Assembly: GCA_016235255.1 (NCBI GenBank)
Contig: JACRLM010000087.1
Location: 542-64,541 of the forward strand
Reading direction: 5' to 3'
Origin: Nitrospinota bacterium
GTDB lineage: Bacteria; Nitrospinota_A; UBA7883; JACRLM01
DNA length: 64,000 bases
The notes beneath the pieces are model-generated. The model searched no databases. It saw nothing but the letters and a program-made list of their open reading frames with translations, and had not been told where the DNA came from. A program made the translations under genes and the position numbers. Shown here piece by piece: positions 54,862-63,656 of the stretch. Each line of letters starts with the position of its first letter. Position 1 is the first letter of the stretch.

Positions 54862-56012
54862 GGCGCGCTCTCCACCGGGCGCAGGTTCGTGTCCCAATCT
54901 TTCCACACCTGCTCCAGCCCCAATGTGGCCAAGGCGCGCGTCACTTCCGCAGGGGACCGGCCATCCACCACGGGGAACTGCCCCTCGGCGGTATCTTCCG
55001 ATCCGATGGCCGAATAGCCGCCGGGGCTCGTTTTCGACCCTGCGCTCACCTGGTTTATGCCGACGCCGAACAAGGCGTCACGCAACGCGGGGCTTTCGCG
55101 GGTGGAAAGGGTGAGCGCGATGTCCGGATTGGCAAGGCGCATGGCGGTTATCAGCCGTATAAGCTGCGCGTCTGTCACCCTGTTCTCCGGAGAGAATCCA
55201 GGCGGGGTGTGATGGATGCGGGGAAAGCTGACCGACACCATGGTCTGCCAGAAATGTTTCTGCAGGTACTTTACATGCGCCGCCAGGCATATGGCGTCGC
55301 GCCGGAAATCGCCGAGCCCAAGCAGAAAACCGATGCCGACGGACCGTATTCCCGCCTGCGCCACCCGTTCCGCCGCCCCCATCCTCCATTCAAAATCCTT
55401 TTTCGGCCCGGCCAGATGGACTTTTCTGTAAATCTCTTCGTCATAGGTTTCCTGGTACACGGTGACGCCGTCGAGCCCCGCTTCGCCAAGCCGCCTGTAT
55501 TCGGCCACGGAGAGCGGGGCCACTTCGATCCCCACGAATACGAATCCCATGTTCTTGAGGAGTTTCACGCTCCCTTCAAGAAGCTTCATCGTCGTCTCTT
55601 TTTTATCTTCGCCGGAGACCAGCAGAATGCTGCGGTACCCTTCCGCCCGCAACCGTTCCCCCTCTTTTTCCACCTCGCAAAGCGACAGGGTCTTGCGTGT
55701 GTAATCGCGGGAACTGTTGAATCCGCAATAAAGGCATTTGTTCACGCAGGAACTGGACAGGTACATGGGAATGTAAAGATTGACCGTTTTGCCGAAACGC
55801 TGGGCGGTGAGAGCCCGGGCGGCGCCCTTTATATCATCGCAAAGCCCGTCAGCCGCGTCCGAAAGAAGCGCGAGAAAACCGTGATAACCTGCGGGGACGC
55901 GGGACAGCGCCGACCGCACCTCATCGGCCCCGGCATTGGCGATTATTTTTTGCGCACCATCGAGGGAGCCGCGCAATGACGACCATGTTTTATAAAATCC
56001 GCGATTGTCCAT
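54858..56012 (-). CDS. thiH: 2-iminoacetate synthase ThiH (radical SAM)
   Basis: CVNKCLYCGF radical-SAM cysteine motif; ThiH/BioB-like C-terminus. Confidence 0.85.
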   Translation of the reverse strand: MDNRGFYKTWSSLRGSLDGAQKIIANAGADEVRSALSRVPAGYHGFLALLSDAADGLCDDIKGAARALTAQRFGKTVNLYIPMYLSSSCVNKCLYCGFNSSRDYTRKTLSLCEVEKEGERLRAEGYRSILLVSGEDKKETTMKLLEGSVKLLKNMGFVFVGIEVAPLSVAEYRRLGEAGLDGVTVYQETYDEEIYRKVHLAGPKKDFEWRMGAAERVAQAGIRSVGIGFLLGLGDFRRDAICLAAHVKYLQKHFWQTMVSVSFPRIHHTPPGFSPENRVTDAQLIRLITAMRLANPDIALTLSTRESPALRDALFGVGINQVSAGSKTSPGGYSAIGSEDTAEGQFPVVDGRSPAEVTRALATLGLEQVWKDWDTNLRPVESAP

Positions 56013-56033
56013 TACCGAAACTCCGGCGGAATA

Positions 56034-56813
56034 TTACCAGGGAAGCCCAGAGACCGGGCTTGAGGCCTCGGCGGCGGCAAGGGGCTTGCCAAGCCCGGCA
56101 AGATACGCCTCGCGCCCGGCCTGCACCCCTTTTTTAAACGCGATGGCCATCCCCTCCGGGTTCTCCGCCACGGCTATGGCTGTGTTCACCAGCACGGCGT
56201 CCGCTCCCATTTCCAGCGCTTCGGCTGCGTGGGAAGGGGCGCCAAGCCCGGCGTCCACCACAACGGGGACGGTGGCCTGCTCGATTATTATAGCTATGCT
56301 TTCTTTCGTGCGGATCCCCTGATTGCTGCCGATGGGGGAGCCTAGCGGCATGACAGTGGCCGCCCCCATGTCCGCCAGCCTTTTGGCCAGTATGGGATCT
56401 GCGTTGATGTAAGGCAACACCGTAAAGCCTTCCTTGATGAGGATTTGCGCCGCCTTGAGGGTCTCCACCGGGTCGGGAAGAAGGTACCGGGGCTCTGGAG
56501 TCACCTCCAGTTTCACCCAGTCCGATATCCCGGCCCCCCGCGCAAGGCGCGCCAGCTTTACCGCTTCTTCGGCGGTCCGGGCCCCTGATGTGTTCGGCAG
56601 AATAAGGTAACGCGATGGGTCTATATGGGCCATGATATGGTCGTTCGGATTGGAAATGTCCACCCGGCGCAGGGCCACCGTCACTATCTGGGCCCCGGAT
56701 GCCTCCACGGCCTGTTTCATCTGATCCGGCGAACGGAACTTCCCCGTCCCCAGAAGCAGACGCGAGTCAAACTTCCTGCCAGCGATCACCAGTGAATCGT
56801 TTCCAGCAACCAT
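56034..56813 (-). CDS. thiG: Thiazole synthase ThiG
   Basis: [19 protein letters not shown]...[14 protein letters not shown] is a canonical ThiG sequence; start assigned at MVAGND (the track ORF begins at an upstream TTG). Confidence 0.85.
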   Translation of the reverse strand: MVAGNDSLVIAGRKFDSRLLLGTGKFRSPDQMKQAVEASGAQIVTVALRRVDISNPNDHIMAHIDPSRYLILPNTSGARTAEEAVKLARLARGAGISDWVKLEVTPEPRYLLPDPVETLKAAQILIKEGFTVLPYINADPILAKRLADMGAATVMPLGSPIGSNQGIRTKESIAIIIEQATVPVVVDAGLGAPSHAAEALEMGADAVLVNTAIAVAENPEGMAIAFKKGVQAGREAYLAGLGKPLAAAEASSPVSGLPW

Positions 56814-56948
56814 TGCCCCACCATCCAAAATACACCTGTTTTTCAATATAACATAAAGCGCGGACGCCTCCTGTCTTGTGTTGCTTTTAGGGCCGGACAG
56901 GGCATACTATATCCACAAAAATCGGCAATCCGGCGGCAATATCAAGGC

Positions 56949-59168
56949 ATGAGCGAAATATCAAGTTTCGGGCAGTACCTGGTGGACAAGGGGCTTATCA
57001 CCCCCGAACAGCACCAGATCGCCGTCCGCATGCAGAATAAGAACAGGTTGATGGCGGAAATCGCCGTGGAACTCCATTTCCTCCGCCAGGAGGACGTGTA
57101 TGAGATAAGCGATTACATGGAGAAAAACCCCGGCGTCAAATTCGGCGAGGCGGCGGTCTCCCTCCGGTTCATCAACGTCAACCAGCTAAGGTACCTTCTG
57201 GACGTGCGGACCCGTCGCAAGGTGATGCTCGGCGACATCCTGGTGCAGCAGGATTTTATCACCGAGGAAGCGCTGCTGCGGGAGGTGATGGGGTTCAACC
57301 TCAAAAGGCGGATGCTCAAAAAGATACTTCTGGTGGAGCCGAGCCCGACTGTCACCAAGATCCTCGATCACATGCTAAAAAAGTTCGGGTACGAAGTGGC
57401 CAAGGCGAAAAACGGAGAAGAGGCCATGAGCCTTGCCAGGACCTTCGGGCCGGACATCATGATCACCACCGGGATATTGAGCGACATGGACGGCTATTCC
57501 CTGTGCTCCAGGCTTCTTTCCGAGGTGGCCACCGCCGGAATGCACATGATCATGCTCTCGTCCGACGACACCATGACCTCCATAGACAAGGCCTTCGATT
57601 CGGGCGTGAACCATTTCGTGAAAAAGCCGGTGAACGAGACGGAGCTTTTCAACGTCATATACCAGATCGAAAGGGAAGAGGCGAACAAGCGGTCGGAAAA
57701 GATCCTTGTGGTGGACGACAGCGCCGGAGCGCGCCGCCTGATAGTCAAGGAGCTTGTAAGCGCGGGCTTTAACGTGTTCCAGGCGGAGAACGGCATAGAG
57801 GCCATCGAAAAGGCTAGGCGCTTGAAGCCGGACATAATCACGATGGACATCGAGATGCCGCAGATGGACGGGCTGGCCGCCTGCAAGGCGTTAAAGGAGA
57901 GCCCGGAGACCGAGGACATCCCGGTGATACTGGTGTCGTCCCTGTCGTCGCCAATGATGATAGAAAAGGGATTCGACGCGGGCGCGGTGGAGTTTTTCAC
58001 CAAGCCGTTCCCTTCGGGAAGCCTGTCCAGCTATGTGCGGATGCTGTTTGAGACCAGGAAGATACCCCTTGGCGAGCACGTGCTTGTGGTGGACGACAGC
58101 GCGGTCATCCGCCACATTCTCAAGTACATATTCAGGAAGAACGGCTACAAGGTGACCGCCGCGGAGAACGGCGCGCAGGCCATGGACCAGGTGAGAAAGA
58201 CCCAGGTTGACCTTGTGGTGACCGACGCCCAGATGCCGGTGAAGGATGGATTGGAGCTGACCCGGGAGATAAAAGACGACCCGTCGCTAAAGCACATTCC
58301 GGTGATCATCGTCACAGCGTCGTCGTCCAGGGAGAGCATCGTAAGCGGCCTTGCGTCCGGCGCCAACGACTACATAATAAAGCCGTTCGACGAGGCGGAG
58401 CTGATCGCCCGCGCGGGGGTGCATATCCTCAACAAAAGGCTGTATGACGAGGTGGTGCGGGAGAAAGAAAACCTGCGCAGGACCAACGATCTGAAAAACA
58501 AATTCCTTGGAATGGCGGCCCACGACCTTCGGAGCCCCTTGGGGTCCATTTACGGCTTCGCCCAGTTCCTTCGGAACGATTTTGACAGCGTGGACCGCGA
58601 CCAGGTGATGAACATCCTGGACATAGTCAGCGAGGCGTCCGACCAGATGCTCCACCTGATAGACGACCTTTTGGACATCTCAGCCATTGAAAGCGGCAGG
58701 ATAGATCTGGACATCAGGACGCACGATCTTGGCAAGGTTGTGGCCGGCAAGGTTACGCTTTTCAAGAAAATAGCCGAACGCAAGGGGGTCGCCATGCGCT
58801 ACGACGCGCCCCACGGCTCCGCCGCCGCCAGGTTCGATGAAGGAAAGATCAACCAGGTGGTGGACAACCTTCTGAGCAACGCCATCAAATTCACGAACAA
58901 GGGGGGCGAGGTGGCCGTCACGGTGATAGACGGCGTGGACGGCGTCAAGTTCTCCGTGAAGGACAATGGCGTGGGAATACCCAAAGAAGAGCAGAACGCG
59001 CTTTTCAAAAGTTTCGCCAAATTGTCCGTCAAGCCGACGGGGGGGGAGAAAAGCACCGGGCTTGGGCTTGCCATCGTATCGAAAATAATAAAGGCCCACG
59101 ACGGGATAATAGGCGTGGAAAGCGAGCCGGGCAAGGGGAGCGAGTTCTTCTTTATATTGCAGAAGTGA
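56949..59168 (+). CDS. Hybrid sensor histidine kinase: N-terminal MshEN/T2SSE_N-like repeats + three REC domains + HisKA + HATPase_c
   Basis: N-terminal FGQYLVDKGLITPEQ... and LGDILVQQDFITEEALL repeats; three receiver domains each with the conserved Asp/Lys pattern (…TMDIEMPQMDG, …VTDAQMPVKDG); H-box AAHDLRSPL; G-boxes GLGLAIV. Confidence 0.8.
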   Translation: MSEISSFGQYLVDKGLITPEQHQIAVRMQNKNRLMAEIAVELHFLRQEDVYEISDYMEKNPGVKFGEAAVSLRFINVNQLRYLLDVRTRRKVMLGDILVQQDFITEEALLREVMGFNLKRRMLKKILLVEPSPTVTKILDHMLKKFGYEVAKAKNGEEAMSLARTFGPDIMITTGILSDMDGYSLCSRLLSEVATAGMHMIMLSSDDTMTSIDKAFDSGVNHFVKKPVNETELFNVIYQIEREEANKRSEKILVVDDSAGARRLIVKELVSAGFNVFQAENGIEAIEKARRLKPDIITMDIEMPQMDGLAACKALKESPETEDIPVILVSSLSSPMMIEKGFDAGAVEFFTKPFPSGSLSSYVRMLFETRKIPLGEHVLVVDDSAVIRHILKYIFRKNGYKVTAAENGAQAMDQVRKTQVDLVVTDAQMPVKDGLELTREIKDDPSLKHIPVIIVTASSSRESIVSGLASGANDYIIKPFDEAELIARAGVHILNKRLYDEVVREKENLRRTNDLKNKFLGMAAHDLRSPLGSIYGFAQFLRNDFDSVDRDQVMNILDIVSEASDQMLHLIDDLLDISAIESGRIDLDIRTHDLGKVVAGKVTLFKKIAERKGVAMRYDAPHGSAAARFDEGKINQVVDNLLSNAIKFTNKGGEVAVTVIDGVDGVKFSVKDNGVGIPKEEQNALFKSFAKLSVKPTGGEKSTGLGLAIVSKIIKAHDGIIGVESEPGKGSEFFFILQK

Positions 59169-59206
59169 AGCAGGACAATGCGCCATGGCCAAGCCCCGGC
59201 GTCAGG

Positions 59207-59467
59207 CTAATTATAAACGTCCTTTCTGTGGCCTATTTTTAATACATGGATCGTCGCCTGCTGATCCAGCATTTCGCATATAATCCTGTAATCGCCGACC
59301 CTGTAGCGCCACATTCCAGCTTTGTCGCCGATGAGCGCTTTGCCGAATTTTTTGGGCTCTGGCGCCACCCTGTCTTCAAGGTAATCAAGGATGGCCGATT
59401 GCCATTTAGTGTCCAGCTTCTTTAGCTGTTTTCCCGCGGTCGCTGAAAATCTAACGCTCCAGCCCAA
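59207..59467 (-). CDS. relE: RelE/ParE family toxin
   Basis: 86 aa; KIGHRKDVY C-terminus typical of RelE/YoeB-like toxins; overlaps the upstream antitoxin. Confidence 0.65.
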   Translation of the reverse strand: MGWSVRFSATAGKQLKKLDTKWQSAILDYLEDRVAPEPKKFGKALIGDKAGMWRYRVGDYRIICEMLDQQATIHVLKIGHRKDVYN

Positions 59468-59663
59468 GTTCTTTCCTTATTTCTTCAAGACTTTTCGTAG
59501 GCTCATTCCTCTCCAGAACGGCGATTCCGGCAAGGTAATCCTCGCGGTCGTCAAGAAACTCCCGGACGGCCCTTTTGACGTAATAGCTTCGTGAGCGCCC
59601 GGTTTTATCAGCCAGTTTCGCAAGCCGCTCTTCAGTTTCCGGATCAAGCCTTACAGACAACAT
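59451..59663 (-). CDS. relB: RelB/DinJ (ribbon-helix-helix) antitoxin
   Basis: MLSVRLDPETEERLAKLADKTGRSRSYYVKRAVREFL RHH motif. Confidence 0.65.
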   Translation of the reverse strand: MLSVRLDPETEERLAKLADKTGRSRSYYVKRAVREFLDDREDYLAGIAVLERNEPTKSLEEIRKELGLER

Positions 59664-59828
59664 AAATCAATCTCCAATGAGTCATACGATGTCATACACA
59701 ATATGGCATTGTGTGAACTTTCCAGTCAACCTCTTTAACAATGCCGTGCGCTGTATTGCGTCCGCTCCTCCCGCTCCTCTGCTATAATCTCGGTTTTTAC
59801 CGCAAAATATTTTCCGGAGTGACCGAAC

Positions 59829-62459
59829 GTGGAAGAGTTGGCAAGCCAGTACGAGCCTAAAAATGTGGAGGAGCGGTGGTACCGCGAATGGATAAACTCC
59901 GGCGTTTTCAAAGGGGATGACACCTCCTCAAAGCCCGCGTTCTCCATAGTAATACCCCCGCCAAACGTCACCGGCGCCCTGCACATCGGCCACGCCCTGA
60001 ACAATACGCTCCAGGATATCCTTTGCCGCTACAAGCGGATGGACGGCTATAACGTTCTTTGGATGCCGGGAACGGACCACGCCGGGATAGCCACCCAGAA
60101 CGTGGTGGAGAAAAAACTGGCCGCCGAAGGGATAAACCGGCAGGCCCTGGGGCGCGAAAAATTCATAGAAAAGGTGTGGGAGTGGAAGGAGCGGTCCGGC
60201 GGCACGATCATAGGCCAGCTTAAAAGGCTTGGCGCGTCGTGCGACTGGGACCGCGAACGGTTCACCATGGACGAGGGGCTTTCCAGGGCGGTGCGCGAGG
60301 TGTTCGTGTCACTGTACGAGGAGGGGCTCATTTATCGCGGGGAGTACATGATCAACTGGTGCCCCCGTTGCCACACCGCCCTGTCCGACCTGGAGGTGGA
60401 ATATCACGAGCGGGACGGGCATCTGTGGAGTGTTCTGTACCCGATCGAGGAAGGGGGCGAAGGGCTTGTCATCGCCACAACCCGGCCGGAGACGATGCTG
60501 GGGGACACAGCCGTGGCAGTCCACCCGGAGGATGAGAGATATAAGAAGTTCATCGGCAAACATCTGGTCTTGCCTTTGACCAGCCGGAAAATCCCTGTTA
60601 TCGCCGACGAATATGTGGACAGGGCCTTCGGGACCGGCGCCCTGAAAGTGACCCCCGCCCATGATCCCAACGATTTTACGATAGGAAACAGGCACGGCCT
60701 GCAAAGGCTAAAGGTGATCGCCGACGATGGGACGATGAGCGCCGGCGCCGGAGAGCCATTTGCCGGGCACGACAGGTTCAAGGCGCGCAAGATGGTGGTG
60801 GAGGCGCTGGCTGAAAAGGGGCTTCTGGTGAAAGAAGAGCATCACCGCCACGCGGTGGGGCATTGCTACCGGTGCCAGACGGTGATAGAGCCCAACCTTT
60901 CCAAACAGTGGTTCGTGAAGATAGCGCCGCTGGCGGAGCCGGCGATCAAGGCCGTGGAGGATGGCCGTATTCAGTTCGTGCCCAAACACTGGGAAAACCT
61001 TTATTTCGACTGGATGAGAAACATCCGGGACTGGTGCATAAGCCGCCAGATATGGTGGGGCCACCGCATCCCGGCATGGACCTGCGCCGATTGCGGCGAG
61101 GTGATGGTGCTGCGGGAGGATCCGGAGAAGTGCGCCCTTTGCGGCAGCGTGAACCTGAACCGGGAGACCGACGTGCTGGACACATGGTTCTCTTCGGCCC
61201 TATGGCCATTTTCCACCATGGGTTGGCCCGGAAAAACAAAAACGCTGGAGACTTTTTACCCGACCTCCACGCTGGTGACCTCTTTCGACATCATTTTCTT
61301 CTGGGTGGCCAGGATGATAATGATGGGGCTCAAGTTCGCCGGCGATGTCCCTTTCCGGCATGTATATATACACGCCCTCGTGCGGGACGCGGAGGGGCAG
61401 AAGATGAGCAAGTCGAAGGGGAACACCATTGACCCTCTGGACGTGATGGGCAAATACGGCTCCGACGCCATGCGCATGACGTTGACGGCGCTGGCCGCGC
61501 AGGGACGCGACATAAAGCTTTCCGAGGAGCGCATCGAGGGATACCGCAACTTCGCCAACAAACTGTGGAACGCCTCCCGTTTCGCCCTGATGAACCTTGC
61601 CGGGTTCGATTTTTCGAAAACGGGCGTGGACCGCGGCGATCTGGCCCTGGCGGACAGGTGGATACTCTCCCGGCTGCAGAACACGGTCAAAGAGGTGCGT
61701 CACGCGCTGGACGAATACAGGTTCAACGAGGCTGCGTCCGCCATTTACCAGTTCACGTGGCGGGAGTTTTGCGACTGGTACCTGGAATTGATAAAGCCGA
61801 GGTTGTATGGCCACGAAGAGGGGGGCGACGCCGCGCGCAACACCATGGTTTTCACGCTGGACAACATACTGCGCCTGCTCAATCCCATAATGCCTTTCAT
61901 CACCGAGGAATTGTGGCAGAAGATAAAGCCTTCCGGTGATTTGCTGGCCCGTGCGGCATTTCCGGCGGTGGATGATAAGTGGATAGCGCCCGCCATCGAG
62001 AAGGACATGGCGGTGGTGATGGAGACAACGGTGGTGATAAGGAACATCCGGCACGAACTCGGCATAAAACCATCCACGCGCCTTTCGGCGGTGGCGCTGG
62101 TGAAAGACCACGAGGAGGTCCTGGAGACGGTGGCCCGGCAGGCCCCGTTTATCGCGAAACTTTCCAACACGGACATAACGCCGTCGGCCGACCCCGCTTC
62201 GCGCCCGAAAAGTTCCGCAGTGGGCGTGGCGGGGGATGTGGAGGTGTTTGTGAACCTCGAAGGGCTCCCCGAGGCGGCGGAATGGAAGGCCAAGGCATTA
62301 AAGGAGCTGGCCAGGCTGGAAAAAGAGATAGGGATTTTCGAGAAAAAACTCTCCAACGAAAAGTATGTGGCCAACGCCCCCGCCGAAGTTGTGGAGAAAG
62401 ACAGGGAGAAACTGGAAGGCTACATCGCCCGGGCGGCGAAGCTGAGAGGATACCTGTGA
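59829..62459 (+). CDS. valS: Valine--tRNA ligase
   Basis: HIGH (PPPNVTGALHIGH) and KMSKS motifs; 876 aa with C-terminal coiled-coil. Confidence 0.95.
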   Translation: MEELASQYEPKNVEERWYREWINSGVFKGDDTSSKPAFSIVIPPPNVTGALHIGHALNNTLQDILCRYKRMDGYNVLWMPGTDHAGIATQNVVEKKLAAEGINRQALGREKFIEKVWEWKERSGGTIIGQLKRLGASCDWDRERFTMDEGLSRAVREVFVSLYEEGLIYRGEYMINWCPRCHTALSDLEVEYHERDGHLWSVLYPIEEGGEGLVIATTRPETMLGDTAVAVHPEDERYKKFIGKHLVLPLTSRKIPVIADEYVDRAFGTGALKVTPAHDPNDFTIGNRHGLQRLKVIADDGTMSAGAGEPFAGHDRFKARKMVVEALAEKGLLVKEEHHRHAVGHCYRCQTVIEPNLSKQWFVKIAPLAEPAIKAVEDGRIQFVPKHWENLYFDWMRNIRDWCISRQIWWGHRIPAWTCADCGEVMVLREDPEKCALCGSVNLNRETDVLDTWFSSALWPFSTMGWPGKTKTLETFYPTSTLVTSFDIIFFWVARMIMMGLKFAGDVPFRHVYIHALVRDAEGQKMSKSKGNTIDPLDVMGKYGSDAMRMTLTALAAQGRDIKLSEERIEGYRNFANKLWNASRFALMNLAGFDFSKTGVDRGDLALADRWILSRLQNTVKEVRHALDEYRFNEAASAIYQFTWREFCDWYLELIKPRLYGHEEGGDAARNTMVFTLDNILRLLNPIMPFITEELWQKIKPSGDLLARAAFPAVDDKWIAPAIEKDMAVVMETTVVIRNIRHELGIKPSTRLSAVALVKDHEEVLETVARQAPFIAKLSNTDITPSADPASRPKSSAVGVAGDVEVFVNLEGLPEAAEWKAKALKELARLEKEIGIFEKKLSNEKYVANAPAEVVEKDREKLEGYIARAAKLRGYL

Positions 62460-62537
62460 TTGAGTTTACCCGCCTCGGGGTGTTGGTCAAAAAGACCAGC
62501 GTTTTGTCCTTTTGCTCGTTGTAGAACTCACAAAAAC

Positions 62538-62566
62538 ATTGACAGCCGCATCCTTCCGGTGTAAAT
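62538..62566 (+). promoter_or_regulatory. Sigma70-type promoter (TTGACA-N17-TAAATA) driving the FGE-lipoprotein leader
   Basis: Perfect -35 TTGACA at 62538-62543, 17-bp spacer, TAAATA at 62561-62566; AAGGAG RBS at 62597-62602; ATG at 62608. Confidence 0.55.
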
Positions 62567-62607
62567 ACTGTCCTGTCAGTCATAACAGCGTTGCAAAGGA
62601 GACCGAA

Positions 62608-63656
62608 ATGGGCGGTAAGAAAGCGCGGTTGTTGCACTCACTCACTCACTCACTCACTCACTTTCTAACTTTCTAAACACGTTTCTGGCTTTAGCGCTCG
62701 GCGTGGCGCTGGCGTTGCCCATCTCCGCCTGCGAGGCGAAAGCCAAACCGTTCAAGGGCGAAACCTACCGCACGCTGGACGGCGGCACAGTCGTAAGAAT
62801 CTACTCCGCCGATGAGCTGGAAATAAAAAAGGAGCGCGCCCCCAACATCGTGGCGAAGTACACCCTCGAAGAGGGGGGTAAAAAGCTCCGCGTATCGTTC
62901 ACCGCCCTGGGCACGACCACAGCCGTCTATTACGAAATAACAAATGACGGAATAGTTGATGAGCATGGGGCCACACTGTACTCCACCGCCGCCCTCGATT
63001 CACGTTTGAAGGGGTTGCGGGCGGAAGCGTCGAAACTGCTCGTCCCTGTTAAAGGCGGTTGTTTCGACATGGGTGACACGTTCGGGAATGGCGGTTCGGA
63101 TGAGAAACCGGTTCACCGCGTCTGCCTGGACGATTTCAAGATGGACAAGTACGAGGTTACGCAGTCAGCGTACCAGTCGGCGATGGGGAATAACCCTTCA
63201 CACCATAAAGACTGTCCGGACTGCCCGGTGGAGCAGGTGACGTGGGACGAGGCGAAGGGGTATTGCGAAAACGTAGGTAAACGATTGCCGACGGAGGCGG
63301 AGTGAGAGTATTCAGCGCGGGAGGGCGGGAAGAATGTGAAATACGGGACAGGGAAGAACGAGCTAAGCATGAACGACGCGAATTACGATTACAAGGGGAC
63401 GAAACCTGTGGGGAGCTACGCGCCCAACGCGCTGGGTTTGCATGACATGGCTGGCAACGTGTGGGAATGGGTGGCGGACTGGTACGGCGCTTATTCTTCG
63501 GGAGAGCAAAAGAACCCGAAGGGGCCTTCGGATGGGACGCATCTTGTGTTGCGCGGCGGTTCGTGGGGCGCTTACCCGGACGACTTGCGCGCGTCCGTTC
63601 GCCGCGTCGTTCCGGCGTACCGTAGCGGCGCTAGCGGCTTTCGTTGCGTCCAGTAA
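62608..63656 (+). pseudogene. Formylglycine-generating-enzyme (FGE-sulfatase/SUMF1) domain lipoprotein gene, disrupted: frame-shifted at the (CACT)7 tract and carrying an in-frame TGA (Trp codon replaced)
   Basis: FGE motifs RLPTEAE*EY, HDMAGNVWEWVADWY, RGGSW; TGA at 63303-63305 aligns to the conserved Trp of AEWEY; the upstream ATG at 62608 is out of frame by +1 with the lipoprotein signal (…LALPISAC). Confidence 0.6.
62635..62662 (+). repeat. Perfect tetranucleotide microsatellite (CACT)7 inside the 5' coding leader of the FGE-domain lipoprotein gene
   Basis: Seven uninterrupted CACT units; they lie between the RBS-associated ATG (62608, frame 1) and the signal-peptide/lipobox coding frame (frame 0). 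Confidence 0.9.

Noticed and set aside
56814-56948. Expected TPP riboswitch upstream of thiG
   Set aside because: Reverse-complemented the interval and found no CUGAGA / GCCAGCG / ACCUGAUCUGG elements. Reported only as a negative finding.
62608-62676. The 22-codon ORF MGGKKARLLHSLTHSLTHFLTF* as a genuine leader peptide
   Set aside because: Its frame termination is a direct consequence of the repeat phase. Fusing it by +4 or -8 nt yields a canonical lipoprotein signal, so it is better explained as the OFF-phase remnant of the FGE lipoprotein start.
63303-63305. TGA as selenocysteine or alternative genetic code (TGA=Trp/Gly)
   Set aside because: The aligned residue in homologues is Trp, not Cys/Sec. 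TGA terminates many well-supported genes in this same window, and no SECIS-like structure is evident.
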